From a virus, in the IMG/VR virus record IMGVR_UViG_3300047310_000412, positions 1 to 64,000 of that record: 64,000 bases of DNA. The stretch is one strand, 5' to 3'. The notes beneath the pieces were generated by a model. That model did not search any database, was not told the DNA's origin, and saw only the letters and a program-made list of their open reading frames with translations. Position numbers and translations under genes: made by a program. Below are positions 19,890-29,418 of the stretch, in pieces; the first letter of the stretch is position 1; each line of letters opens with the position of its first letter.

Positions 19890-21268
19890 ATGATGCCTCT
19901 TTCTGTTAGTAGAGCTATTGCCCTTTTTGCGGCCTCAACCGCGTTGCGAAATTCCTCTGTAGTCAACAACGTCACACCGCGCGGACGGTGACGGTCTTGA
20001 TTAAGTTCTTCGAGTTTTACGGCGGCAGAGAGCATACCACGGCATTGCCGAGAGAACTGTCGCTGCCAGTCACGCACTTTTGTATCCCAATCCGCGCGGA
20101 GAAGGCGTTGCCGCTCAGCACGCGTGATCCGGTTCTGCTCGGTATTACGACTAAGAACCATCGCAGTAATATGTTCACGGATATAAGCAACCGTAAACTC
20201 GGCCCCTCCCATACTTGCCTCCTCGACCAGCGCCTTCGCGAGAGCCGCCTGCTGGTCTCTGGCCAAGCTGAGACGCAAGCCATCACCAAGCACCATTGTA
20301 CGAAACGTATCAATATGGCTGGGATTGCTCATCCATCGGGATACGCCGACAAAATCAAAGGGGGCGGCGTCACCATAATCTGCGGCACGACGCTCGGCCG
20401 CTTCATCGGTAACTCCCTGCTCGTGACTGATTGCAGCCTCGCCTGCTTCCACCGCTGCCGCATGCTCGGTCTCAATAGCGGCAGCGGCTTCCTGCTCTTC
20501 TTCGGCCTGCCGTTGTTCCTCCTCGGCCTTTTGGGCGGCCTCTTCGGCAGCGCGACGCTCCGCTTCCTCGGTGGCAGCGGCGGCCTCCAACCGGCGGCGC
20601 TCAGCTTCCTGACGCGCGGCCTCGGCACGCTGCTCGGCTTCCAAGCGTGCTTCCTCGGCACGCTGTCGTGCTGCTTCCTCGGCTCGCAGCCGTTCCTGCG
20701 CCTTGGTTATCTCCTCACCGACGATCCGATCGTAATCGCCTGATGTTTTGATGTTGGCAAGTTGTTGACGAATGACGGCATCGCCGTAGCCGGGAATGTT
20801 CTTTAATATTTCGAGAATGAGGCGGCGTCCGACACCCTCACGGCGACCACCACGGCCATCTTGATTTTGCGTGTCAAATTCGACACGCAAAATGTCGTTA
20901 TCAAATTCTTTCTGTAAAATCAATCTAATAGCGGCGGCGACGCTGCCTGCAATGGCCGGGCTGGTGTTGCCACGCTGCGTCGCGTTCTCTTCCGCATAAA
21001 TCTGGACCATCCCCTCATCGGTGATCGTGTCACTGACAAATAGCTCGGCGTAAGTATGCCCAGCTTGAAGTGCCATACGGACGCGGACATGGCCGGCACC
21101 GATTTGGAGTTCACCATTTTTGCGGCGGACAACACTACCGCCCCAAAAATCATGGCGTTGGATGCTGGCGAGAATTTTGGGATCGTCTTCGATCGGATCG
21201 ACAGTCAAATCCCGAAACGGATTTGGCTTTAGCGTGCGCAAGTCAACGCGCATATTTTTCTTCTCCAT
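19886..21268 (-). CDS. ParB/Srx N-terminal domain protein with a long Ala/Glu coiled coil
   Basis: LKPNPFR, GAGHVR (ParB GxxR), EEN; EAA-rich coil. Confidence 0.7.
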   Translation of the reverse strand: MEKKNMRVDLRTLKPNPFRDLTVDPIEDDPKILASIQRHDFWGGSVVRRKNGELQIGAGHVRVRMALQAGHTYAELFVSDTITDEGMVQIYAEENATQRGNTSPAIAGSVAAAIRLILQKEFDNDILRVEFDTQNQDGRGGRREGVGRRLILEILKNIPGYGDAVIRQQLANIKTSGDYDRIVGEEITKAQERLRAEEAARQRAEEARLEAEQRAEAARQEAERRRLEAAAATEEAERRAAEEAAQKAEEEQRQAEEEQEAAAAIETEHAAAVEAGEAAISHEQGVTDEAAERRAADYGDAAPFDFVGVSRWMSNPSHIDTFRTMVLGDGLRLSLARDQQAALAKALVEEASMGGAEFTVAYIREHITAMVLSRNTEQNRITRAERQRLLRADWDTKVRDWQRQFSRQCRGMLSAAVKLEELNQDRHRPRGVTLLTTEEFRNAVEAAKRAIALLTERGII

Positions 21269-21547
21269 CTTCGTCCTACAGGACGCTTAAAGATGCGACA
21301 ATCCGCATGTCATCCATAAATGTCAAGGTTTGGTGACGGTCACGCTACGGCGTAGCAGCATGTTGTGCCGCTTTTGCGGCCTCGGCGGTTTTCGTCACGC
21401 CGCCGCCGTACCTTTTCAAAAATCAGCCCCCGAATGAGGCTGTACAAATCCGTTATACCCCATCCGATTAGACGTTACGCTAAATTACTGGTACTATAAC
21501 ACACCCCCGCCATACACGTGGGACGAACCGGAGTAAATCTGTCTACG

Positions 21548-21576
21548 CTTGACGTATGATGAAGAGATGCCTATAT
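21548..21576 (+). promoter_or_regulatory. RpoD-type promoter
   Basis: CTTGAC-N17-CTATAT exact. Confidence 0.85.
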
Positions 21577-21599
21577 GTAAAGGCAGAAGGAGGCAAACC

Positions 21600-22304
21600 A
21601 TGCCTATGGAATTTCCACGTATCGTCGCAGCCTGGAAGCGCCGCGACCAGTCTCAGTGGGAGATTGGCGACGAGATTATCACCGTCGCCGGGAGGCCGGA
21701 TACACCGGGCGTCCATAACGATACGCTGGTGCGGATCAAGGCCGAAATCGAAACCAATGGCTTCGATTGTCCTATCGGTGCGCTGCGTGATTACCGTGGG
21801 ATCGCCGCCGCCTTTGCTGCTGGCGATCGATCGCCAGCAGCAAGTTGGACGGCCCATTACATCGCGGGCAATCCCGATACGCTCGTCCGGATCACCGCAG
21901 CAGCAGGCAACCGGCCACTGACGGCGGCGCTGACGCGGCAATTGAAGAAGCAGATCGCGGAGGCCGATGCCGCAGCCATTGCAGCCGCAGCCCCAGCAAC
22001 AATCCCCGCAACCACCACCGGGGCCGCGACCACCACACCGGCTCCCACGACTAGCAGTACAGCCACGACTAGCGGGGGCAGTAGTACAACCGAGCCGACG
22101 ACAACGGAAACCATGGAGGCCCCCGATTTCCTGGCCCAGTTTATCAGTGACGTTGACGCTTTGACGGAGCACGTCGCGGCTAATTGGAGCGATGCCGACG
22201 AAATTGCTGCATATCGCGAGGGAATTGCCGCCACGCGAGCCAGCCTGGACCGCTTTGAAGCGGTTCTCAATCACGGCCCGCGTACCGCAGCCGCCGCCGA
22301 TTAG
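21600..22304 (+). CDS. hypothetical protein with Thr-rich linker
   Basis: AAGGAGG RBS; QWEIGD motif. Confidence 0.75.
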   Translation: MPMEFPRIVAAWKRRDQSQWEIGDEIITVAGRPDTPGVHNDTLVRIKAEIETNGFDCPIGALRDYRGIAAAFAAGDRSPAASWTAHYIAGNPDTLVRITAAAGNRPLTAALTRQLKKQIAEADAAAIAAAAPATIPATTTGAATTTPAPTTSSTATTSGGSSTTEPTTTETMEAPDFLAQFISDVDALTEHVAANWSDADEIAAYREGIAATRASLDRFEAVLNHGPRTAAAAD

Positions 22305-22501
22305 GATACGGTACGGCGGTTGAGGACGGGGCGGGCGGGACGCCATTCAGCTTCAATCATCGCCTTCTCGACCAGCTTACGAATGAGCCACGTCACCGAG
22401 CGGTCCTGCCGCTCGCTTTCCCGATCGAGCCATGCCTTTTGTGCGGCGGTCAGACGAACGCCCATCGACACCACAACTTCTTCTCCACGTAGACGGTTCA
22501 T
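22301..22501 (-). CDS. ribbon-helix-helix (CopG/Arc-like) regulator
   Basis: MGVRLT beta-strand followed by KAWLD...RSVTWLIRKLV helices. Confidence 0.75.
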   Translation of the reverse strand: MNRLRGEEVVVSMGVRLTAAQKAWLDRESERQDRSVTWLIRKLVEKAMIEAEWRPARPVLNRRTVS

Positions 22502-22602
22502 CGTTAAAATCCATTCGTTCCGAGAACTGGACCGATACAAAAAGATAAGCAGCCGCCCGCATTACGTCAATTGCTTTTAGCCACATTTATTTTCATTTAG
22601 CC

Positions 22603-22631
22603 CTTGTGCGCACATTAGGCGCTTGCTATAT
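22603..22631 (+). promoter_or_regulatory. RpoD-type promoter
   Basis: CTTGTG-N17-CTATAT. Confidence 0.6.
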
Positions 22632-22722
22632 GGCATATAGCGCCCACAAAAGCAGCGGACGCGATATTAAATCTAGGCGGCAGAACGGTGCTGATCCCCT
22701 GCCCCGGAAAGGAGGAACACCA

Positions 22723-23109
22723 ATGCCAATTCATGTTCGTAAGAACGACTACGGTCCGATTTCGAGCTTTATGGCGAAATATCTGCCGGATTTTCCCGCC
22801 AGCCGTATCGCCGAGCTTGAGGACGATATGATCCTAGCCGTCGTCCTGCAAACTGAACCGGTGCCGGGATCGACGGCCGACGCACGGGGCGAAGCTATTT
22901 CCCTCATGCAAGCCGCGATCGATATTCTGGAGCCGGGGCAGTCGATCAATTGGGATCGTCTGAAGGATGTGAGCGGCTTGCCCAAGCACAACCGCTCGGA
23001 CAATTCGTTCATCTGGCACTGGGCGAAGGATAATCATCTGCTTGAGCACAATCCGTCGCGCGGCGCGCATTTCGTCAAGATGATCGGTCCCTCGACCGCG
23101 ACGCACTAA
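22723..23109 (+). CDS. hypothetical protein
   Basis: AAGGAGG RBS; followed by a terminator. Confidence 0.7.
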   Translation: MPIHVRKNDYGPISSFMAKYLPDFPASRIAELEDDMILAVVLQTEPVPGSTADARGEAISLMQAAIDILEPGQSINWDRLKDVSGLPKHNRSDNSFIWHWAKDNHLLEHNPSRGAHFVKMIGPSTATH

Positions 23110-23126
23110 CTAGCCCTAGCTAGCCT

Positions 23127-23164
23127 AAGGGGGCGGGCATTTCAGCGATGTCCGCCCCTTTTTT
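23127..23164 (+). terminator. rho-independent terminator
   Basis: GGGGCGGGCAT...ATGTCCGCCCC followed by a T-tract. Confidence 0.8.
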
Positions 23165-23185
23165 CTCCCTCAAAGGAGCTTTACC

Positions 23186-24043
23186 GTGCCGGATCAATTA
23201 CCACCATTTCTCGAAGACGATGCCCAGCGATTGCGTGTGACATGGCGCAAATCGGTCAATTTCTTTAACACATTCGCCACGCAATGGCTCGAATTAAAGC
23301 AGCGGTTTGATACCGGCGAATTTGACCATCGCCGCCAGGAACTGCGCTTTTCGAAATGCTCCCTGCCCATGTTTGACATCTGGGCGCAGGAATTTGGCTT
23401 CGACAGCTCCTTTATCGCCAGCATCTTAAAGGCCCATGAACTGGCGCTGGCCGATGATCAGCGTCGCATCGTGCGTGCAAAACTGGACGAGCAAAAGCTC
23501 CAGCGTATTCAAGCCGCCACGGCCGCAGTCGAGGCGCAGGCTCGATTGCGGCAAAAAAAGGCACAGGAGACAGAGGCCAAGCAACGAGCCAAAAGCAATA
23601 AGACGATCGAGAAGACCGTCGCCGCCAACAGAGAGAAACAGGCCAAAAAGCGCGAGACCGCTCGCCAAAAGCTGATCCGGCGCGGCCCAGTCCATCCGGA
23701 ACTACGCGAACTGATCAAGGCCAGCGGCTATCTGCGACAGCGCAAGCCGGTCGATGAAATCTCGCTGGGCAATTGCTACTGCATGATCCGGATGTTGTTT
23801 GAGGATCGACCGGATATCGTCTTGGCCGAGGGCAAGATGCCGAACAACGATATGTTTAGCTGGGGAACGGCCCGCGAGCTTTACATCGAAGAAAGCCCCG
23901 ATCCGCTGATCAAGAACGACAAGCGCAGCGTCGAGCGGCTGATCAAGAAATATATCGCCCAACTGGCACCGGGGACAAAGCCGATGCTGCGATCACGCGA
24001 GGAGCGGGCCTTGCTGGGCATCAGCCAAGCCGCCGCCCAATAA
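23186..24043 (+). CDS. hypothetical coiled-coil basic protein
   Basis: AAGGAG RBS with GTG start, 285 aa. Confidence 0.7.
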   Translation: MPDQLPPFLEDDAQRLRVTWRKSVNFFNTFATQWLELKQRFDTGEFDHRRQELRFSKCSLPMFDIWAQEFGFDSSFIASILKAHELALADDQRRIVRAKLDEQKLQRIQAATAAVEAQARLRQKKAQETEAKQRAKSNKTIEKTVAANREKQAKKRETARQKLIRRGPVHPELRELIKASGYLRQRKPVDEISLGNCYCMIRMLFEDRPDIVLAEGKMPNNDMFSWGTARELYIEESPDPLIKNDKRSVERLIKKYIAQLAPGTKPMLRSREERALLGISQAAAQ

Positions 24044-24386
24044 CTGAAAGAGAAGAAGTCATGAATGTCATTGAACGCATTGCCGTCTGGCACAAGAAAC
24101 TGTGCGAGGAACCCGACTACAGCCAATATCTGACTGCCTTGGACGCAACATAATAGAGGATACGTTCACTCATATGGAAAGCATACTGGAGCCAAAGCCA
24201 AAACGCGAAAAAACCTGGGTATCCGATAGACCGGTCAACGGCGAGGCATCCCCTGTCGAAACGACACCGAATAACCCGCCTTCAGCGCCATCTCGGCGTC
24301 GCTGAACACCAACGGCCATGCGCCCGGCGGATAATCAAACCAGCGGCGGCGCAGCCAATTGTCGAGCGCCGGGGAGAGCCGGAAGA

Positions 24387-25364
24387 TCAGCGCACCCGCC
24401 GAGCCGACACATAGCCCTTCACCGTCGCCGTCCCCGTCCCAATCTGCGCCACCAGATACAGATCGACCGGATCAGTCGAGTTCGAACGGCACTGCCCGGT
24501 GATCAGCACCTGTCGCTGACCGGCGGCGAGCGGCGAGAAGATCAACTGCATGACACCCGTCCCGAGGATCAGTTCCTCGTCGGTGGGCAGGCTAGCCGGC
24601 GTGACGCTGATCCCGCAGCCGAGTTGGCTGGGCTGGATCACCGCCAGCGGAACGGGAACATCGACAAAGAACACCCCAGCCGCCACGGCAAAATCACAAC
24701 AGCCCCAGATTTCCCAACATCCCGGCGGCAGCGTTATGGTGCAGACCAGCGCTGTCACATTGGCGGTGATCGGCACACCGTCGATATTATCGACGGTGAT
24801 ATATTCGCCGACATCGCCGGGTTGCGCATCGGTGCCGTCCGTTATGCCGACAAAGGTATTGGGGACAAAGATGTAGTCATCGCTGCCGAGAACCGCGCGG
24901 TTGCCGGGGTCGGTGCTGACGACGATCGGCCCGTCCTGGCCCGTCGCCCCGGTCGCCCCGGTATCGCCTTTATCCCCTTTATCGCCCGTAGCCCCTGTCG
25001 GACCCGGTGGACCCGCCGGCCCGGTTTCGCCCTGCGCCCCCGGCGGACCGGGCGGTCCTTCGACAACCGGTGTGTAGGCTTGCTCAAAGGCAAGTTTCGG
25101 TTCCCAGAGTTCGGTCTGGTCCGGATCGGAATAGGCAACAAAATAGTCGCCTATTTCCGGTTCGCCCTGCTGCGAGAAGAAGAGCGGATCGACATCGATG
25201 GTCTGCGGCACGCCCGCGTTATCGACGGTAACTTGCGGTGGATCGAGGCTGTAGCCGGTGATGACCGCCCCTTCTACCAGACGGTATGTCTGGTAAAAGA
25301 TCGGCAAGCCCAGATCGGGCCTGGGGTTCTGCTCGGGCAGCGGGGGAAGATCGTCAAGGCTCAT
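24387..25364 (-). CDS. collagen-repeat protein (virion decoration/fibre-like)
   Basis: About 13 Gly-X-Y triplets ([13 protein letters not shown]...); GGGAGG RBS. Confidence 0.75.
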   Translation of the reverse strand: MSLDDLPPLPEQNPRPDLGLPIFYQTYRLVEGAVITGYSLDPPQVTVDNAGVPQTIDVDPLFFSQQGEPEIGDYFVAYSDPDQTELWEPKLAFEQAYTPVVEGPPGPPGAQGETGPAGPPGPTGATGDKGDKGDTGATGATGQDGPIVVSTDPGNRAVLGSDDYIFVPNTFVGITDGTDAQPGDVGEYITVDNIDGVPITANVTALVCTITLPPGCWEIWGCCDFAVAAGVFFVDVPVPLAVIQPSQLGCGISVTPASLPTDEELILGTGVMQLIFSPLAAGQRQVLITGQCRSNSTDPVDLYLVAQIGTGTATVKGYVSARRVR

Positions 25365-25467
25365 GGTGTCCTCCCTCAAAAGGGCTGGCCGCGCCAAGGA
25401 TGTGGACCAGGGGAGGCGTCACAACCAAGGAGACGGGGGTCAGCAGCGCGGCCAGCAGGGGGACGAG

Positions 25468-25923
25468 CTATGCTGCCACAATCTCAGCCTTTGGCACAAG
25501 ACGGTAGAGCAGATTGGACGCCCAATAACCCGGAAAGGAATGGTCCATCGCCAGCCCGACATGGTGGATGCCGTCAAGCAGCGCGGCGGGATCGTCGTGC
25601 GGCCGTTGACGGCGGTCCAGATCACGGGCGATCGCCTTTATGCAGATCAGGACCAGCCCATAGACTTGTGTCTCGGTCAGACCGGTCGTCTGGTCGCCCA
25701 GCCAGTCAAAGAGGTCATTGGTGCGGGCCGATATCCCCAGCTTGCGCAGTTGCGCCAGAGGCGGCCGGATACGGCAAATTTCCTGTATGGCATCAGCGAC
25801 ATATTGCTGGGGTCGTGTCAAATTTCGCCCGTCGTCCTTGTCGGCTACGAGCAGGGCATCGAGTTGTCGGCGATCGACGGCATCCAGTTGCTGGATGACG
25901 GCGAGGATTTCTTCTGGTGTCAT
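25468..25923 (-). CDS. hypothetical protein
   Basis: 151-aa ORF. Confidence 0.65.
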   Translation of the reverse strand: MTPEEILAVIQQLDAVDRRQLDALLVADKDDGRNLTRPQQYVADAIQEICRIRPPLAQLRKLGISARTNDLFDWLGDQTTGLTETQVYGLVLICIKAIARDLDRRQRPHDDPAALLDGIHHVGLAMDHSFPGYWASNLLYRLVPKAEIVAA

Positions 25924-25977
25924 AGCCGGATGATAGCCCTATTTTGTTGCAATTCAAAGGATATCCCGATGAACTAT

Positions 25978-26184
25978 CTATGTACCCTGTCGGTTCCAAG
26001 CCTCATAAGCTGCCACAGCCGCAGCAGCCTGCTTTAGCACCCAGAAGCGGACTGCTTGGCTGGCTCCATCCCATGTATGAGGATCATGCCTGTCTACGCC
26101 GTATTTACTCTCTTCGGCTAATCCCCAGTGGGTCATATAGATGGCGCGGGCTACTGCTTCGACACGTGTGTCACCAGTTTTCAT
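25978..26184 (-). CDS. hypothetical protein
   Basis: GAGGT RBS, MKTGDTRVEAVARAIY. Confidence 0.6.
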   Translation of the reverse strand: MKTGDTRVEAVARAIYMTHWGLAEESKYGVDRHDPHTWDGASQAVRFWVLKQAAAAVAAYEAWNRQGT

Positions 26185-26194
26185 TTCATCACCT

Positions 26195-26540
26195 CTAAGC
26201 AGGATGCTGTCCAACCCCAATTTGACGGTGGGTTCGGTCCGGGCAGACCACGCCCGTCCGAAAACGGGCGTGGTTAACTTTGACGGTTGGGACGCCATGG
26301 TTGACGATGGCTTAGCCCGCCTATCAATCTGATAGGCTCCGCAGGTCAGCGGTCTCGGATTACTGGGCCGCACGTCTCTGACTGTTTCGCACCGCAAGCC
26401 GTCAGCCATCCAAAGCTCGCGGAAGCTGCGTAGGCGTAATCCCACGCATCACATTCGGTCTGCTGGTAGCTACGATCATCGCCTCATCCACCGGCTGAGC
26501 TTCCTCAGCCGCGATCTAGGCTCCCGTGCCAGTGCTACCT
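26195..26540. ncRNA. candidate structured non-coding RNA (or ssDNA hairpin array)
   Basis: At least five hairpins, plus complementary loops GGATTAC / GTAATCC. Confidence 0.4.
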
Positions 26541-26708
26541 ATAGTCCTTGTTGCTTCGACCGCGACCGGGCTTGCTGCCAATGCCGCGATCCTGTTTGAT
26601 GCTTCTGAATGTCGAAGGCTTTTTGGCAAGCGACTGAACTCGGTCCTTCCAGACATCTTCTCGCTGCTCTTTGATGAGCTTCTGAAGTTCTTTCCGGCGG
26701 TTCGTCAC
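26535..26708 (-). CDS. small basic protein (57 aa)
   Basis: GTG start, VTNRRKELQKLIKEQRE...; below the ORF-track length cutoff. Confidence 0.4.
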   Translation of the reverse strand: MTNRRKELQKLIKEQREDVWKDRVQSLAKKPSTFRSIKQDRGIGSKPGRGRSNKDYR

Positions 26709-26852
26709 AGCCAAGCCCCCGACAAAACTGCTGCCGATATCGGGTGTTGCAGGAGGGGCTGAGTTGCGGTATTAACCCGCATGGCAGTCCCGTCTGCCGC
26801 ACGCTGATGGGGACGGCAATCCCGCACAGCATCTCGGTTCTAAACCGAAAGG

Positions 26853-26882
26853 GACGCCCTCCGCAAGGGGGGCGTCTTTTTT
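26853..26882 (+). terminator. terminator-like hairpin
   Basis: GACGCCCTCC-GCAA-GGGGGGCGTC-type GC stem followed by a T-tract. Confidence 0.65.
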
Positions 26883-26888
26883 GTGCCT

Positions 26889-26898
26889 GGGGTATAAT
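26889..26898 (+). promoter_or_regulatory. GGGGTATA-class phage promoter (representative copy; about 15 copies listed in findings)
   Basis: GGGGTATAAT about 25 nt before the ATG at 26924. Confidence 0.65.
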
Positions 26899-26923
26899 CT
26901 GAAGCCCATCACAGGGGGCCGTC

Positions 26924-27133
26924 ATGCGTGTCCTATGCACGATCGAAGAAACCGAATTAGAGAACGACGAAGGCCGCACGGTGGACGGTGTCGAGGCGAC
27001 GTGCAGCCGGTGCGAGCACACCACCGAGAGTTATGGCACCGATACCCCATCCCGGCGGCGCTGCCTTGTGCTGCTGCGCGAGGAATGCCCCATGGGGGAG
27101 CACAATTTCTACGTCGATGAGGAAGACGACTGA
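26924..27133 (+). CDS. hypothetical Cys-containing protein
   Basis: CSRC...C...CP. Confidence 0.7.
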   Translation: MRVLCTIEETELENDEGRTVDGVEATCSRCEHTTESYGTDTPSRRRCLVLLREECPMGEHNFYVDEEDD

Positions 27134-27456
27134 TGAACGAAGACTGGTTTGTCCGAGTTCAGGAGTTCGTTTGCCATGGCTGCGGCCGGTTCATGATCGC
27201 CTTTGGTGCGCTCGACATGGCGCATCCGATCTGCGGCGCGTGCATGACGCAGCCGGGCTGGACCATGTGGCCCGATCTGGTCCGCGCCTTTGATCCCGAG
27301 AACGATCGCGATCCGGCGGCGATCACCATGACCGTCAGCGAACTCGAATGCCGGGCCGAATTGGCTACCGCGCTCTTCGACTGGCTCGGCCAGAATGTCA
27401 AGATTGTCGAGGACTACCGGCCCCCCGAGGCGCTGGAGCAAAAATGGCTTCACTGA
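27133..27456 (+). CDS. hypothetical protein (CxxC...CxxC)
   Basis: Coupled ORF. Confidence 0.65.
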   Translation: MNEDWFVRVQEFVCHGCGRFMIAFGALDMAHPICGACMTQPGWTMWPDLVRAFDPENDRDPAAITMTVSELECRAELATALFDWLGQNVKIVEDYRPPEALEQKWLH

Positions 27457-27556
27457 GTTGGATGAGTAGGATTGCCCCGCTAAAGCCCTAAGCCGGGTAT
27501 ACTAATAAGCACAAGGGGCTGGCCGAAAAAAAGATGCGATCGGAGTAAAGTTTCCG

Positions 27557-27616
27557 CTTGACTCCTGGCTTGCTATCCCCTATATGTACAGTGCGACGGG
27601 AAATTGTTTCCGTTGC
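27557..27616 (+). promoter_or_regulatory. RpoD-type promoter plus conserved leader hairpin
   Basis: CTTGAC-N17-CTATAT, then gcgacGGGAAAttgTTTCCGttgc. Confidence 0.85.
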
Positions 27617-27633
27617 CAACAAGGGAGCCAGTC

Positions 27634-28962
27634 ATGGCTATGAATTGGCCACGGTGGATCAAGCGGGAATGGGCGCGGTGCGCCCTGGAGGCCGAGCTTT
27701 CGGGCGCGACCCTGCGGATCACGCCGTCCCCGCTTCGGGACCCGCTCTATAGCGACATCGACGCGGTATGGGCTTTCTACGTGTCGCGGGCGCGGGACGC
27801 CGGCCGGCAGGTGGAAATTGAACTGAACCCCTCCGACAGCGCTGCCTACAACATGGCGCGGGTCGTCTGGCTGGCTGGCGAATTGGCCAGCGACAGTCCG
27901 GTGATCAGCGGCTGGCGGTTGTCTTCGACACGGCGGCGGGCCTTCGACCGGTACAATTTCACATTGGTTCCGCTGGGGCGGACCGTGGGCTTGTCGGTGC
28001 GGGTGTCGCGGGCGGTTCACGGCGACGCGGCCTGGAACATCGTCCGGTCGAAATGGCTGGAGGCCCAGGTCGGGCATCTGGTGCTGAGCGGCGCATCGAG
28101 CGCGGCAGCGGCTCCTCGGACGCCAGCGGAAGCAGCGGTGACCGGGACAGTCGGACCGGCGGTGGTGCTGGATTGGACCAATCTCACCTACGGGATCGAG
28201 ATTGAATGCATCCGGCCCAGCAACGTGTCGATGGCCGAGTTCGCCCGGCAACTGACCGAGGCCGGTGTGCCGACCAACGCCGAGCACTACAACCATCACG
28301 TCCGGAACTACTGGAAGATCGTGACCGATGGTTCACTGAGCGACCGGAACGGCGTGGGCATGGAATTGGTCAGCCCCATCCTGCGGGGCACGGCCGATTT
28401 CGAGATGGTGCGGAAGGCCGCTGCGGTCCTCCACGGCGACGGGCCACGGGCGCTCTGCCGGATCAACAAGACGTGCGGTCTCCACGTTCACGTTGGTCTG
28501 CCTCGGCGGGAACACACACTGCCGATCAACGTGCTGCGGCTCTACCATCACTACGAGAACGTGATTGACGGCTTGATGCCGCCGTCACGGCGGGGCACGG
28601 CCAACAGCTACTGCCGGCCGACCACGTTCACGCCTCGGATGGCGGGCGCGACCACGCTCGAAACGCTGCGGTCGAGCTACGGCTACGACAGATACCGGAA
28701 GGTAAATCTGGAGTCGATCTGGCGGCACGGCACGGTCGAGTTCCGGCAGCATGCCGGGACGATCGAGGCCGACAAAATCATCTCTTGGGCCACATTGGTT
28801 CTCAAGATGATGGCAATCGCCAACAGCGCACCGCCGCTGCCTGAGGGGCCAGCCACGCTGGAAGGCCTCCTGGCCCTGACCGGCGCTGACGAGGCCGCGA
28901 CATCCTTCTGGATGCAGCGGCAGAGCCAGATGGCTCCAGCCAGCATGGCGGCAGCAGCCTAG
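27634..28962 (+). CDS. amidoligase (COOH-NH2 ligase, Amidoligase_2-like) with N-terminal extension
   Basis: YGIEIE, WKIVTDGSL, ELVSP, CGLHVH, RYxKVN, TVEFRQH. Confidence 0.85.
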   Translation: MAMNWPRWIKREWARCALEAELSGATLRITPSPLRDPLYSDIDAVWAFYVSRARDAGRQVEIELNPSDSAAYNMARVVWLAGELASDSPVISGWRLSSTRRRAFDRYNFTLVPLGRTVGLSVRVSRAVHGDAAWNIVRSKWLEAQVGHLVLSGASSAAAAPRTPAEAAVTGTVGPAVVLDWTNLTYGIEIECIRPSNVSMAEFARQLTEAGVPTNAEHYNHHVRNYWKIVTDGSLSDRNGVGMELVSPILRGTADFEMVRKAAAVLHGDGPRALCRINKTCGLHVHVGLPRREHTLPINVLRLYHHYENVIDGLMPPSRRGTANSYCRPTTFTPRMAGATTLETLRSSYGYDRYRKVNLESIWRHGTVEFRQHAGTIEADKIISWATLVLKMMAIANSAPPLPEGPATLEGLLALTGADEAATSFWMQRQSQMAPASMAAAA

Positions 28963-28974
28963 ACCACCACCACC

Positions 28975-29003
28975 GGGCGACGGGATGTCCCGTCGCCCCT
29001 TTT
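28975..29003 (+). terminator. rho-independent terminator
   Basis: GGGCGACGGGA-TG-TCCCGTCGCCC followed by TTTT. Confidence 0.7.
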
Positions 29004-29020
29004 GCAAGCGGAGCAGTACC

Positions 29021-29278
29021 ATGATCCACACCAATGACGGCCAGACACTGCGTGCGACCGAGCCTGAGGCGATCGTCGCGGAGCTAAACGATCTGAGCTT
29101 TTCGCCCGAGAAGACACCGGGAAAGTTCATGACCGAGAGCGCGGGGCGCATCCTCGCCTTCTCGGGGCAGAAAGTCCGCACCGACAGCGCCGAGAACTAC
29201 GTCAGCGATCTGTTCGATTACGGCTTTCTCAGCACCGAGGAAGAGCCGGAACGGCATCATCGCCGCCAGCGCCGCTAG
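29021..29278 (+). CDS. hypothetical protein
   Basis: GGAG RBS. Confidence 0.65.
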   Translation: MIHTNDGQTLRATEPEAIVAELNDLSFSPEKTPGKFMTESAGRILAFSGQKVRTDSAENYVSDLFDYGFLSTEEEPERHHRRQRR

Positions 29279-29418
29279 GAAGCTCGTGGAGCGCAGGAAG
29301 GGCTTGGCTGGTGTCATACCACCGGACCGGGCCTTTCCGCGCATCCTGGGCCAGCCTAGAGGCCCGGCCGGCGGCGATCGGGGCCGAGGTATATCAATCT
29401 GCACAACGGAGAGGAGCA

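Noticed and set aside
24318-25898. 526-aa plus-strand ORF
   Set aside because: Antisense to the collagen and 151-aa genes; Arg-rich, non-protein-like composition.
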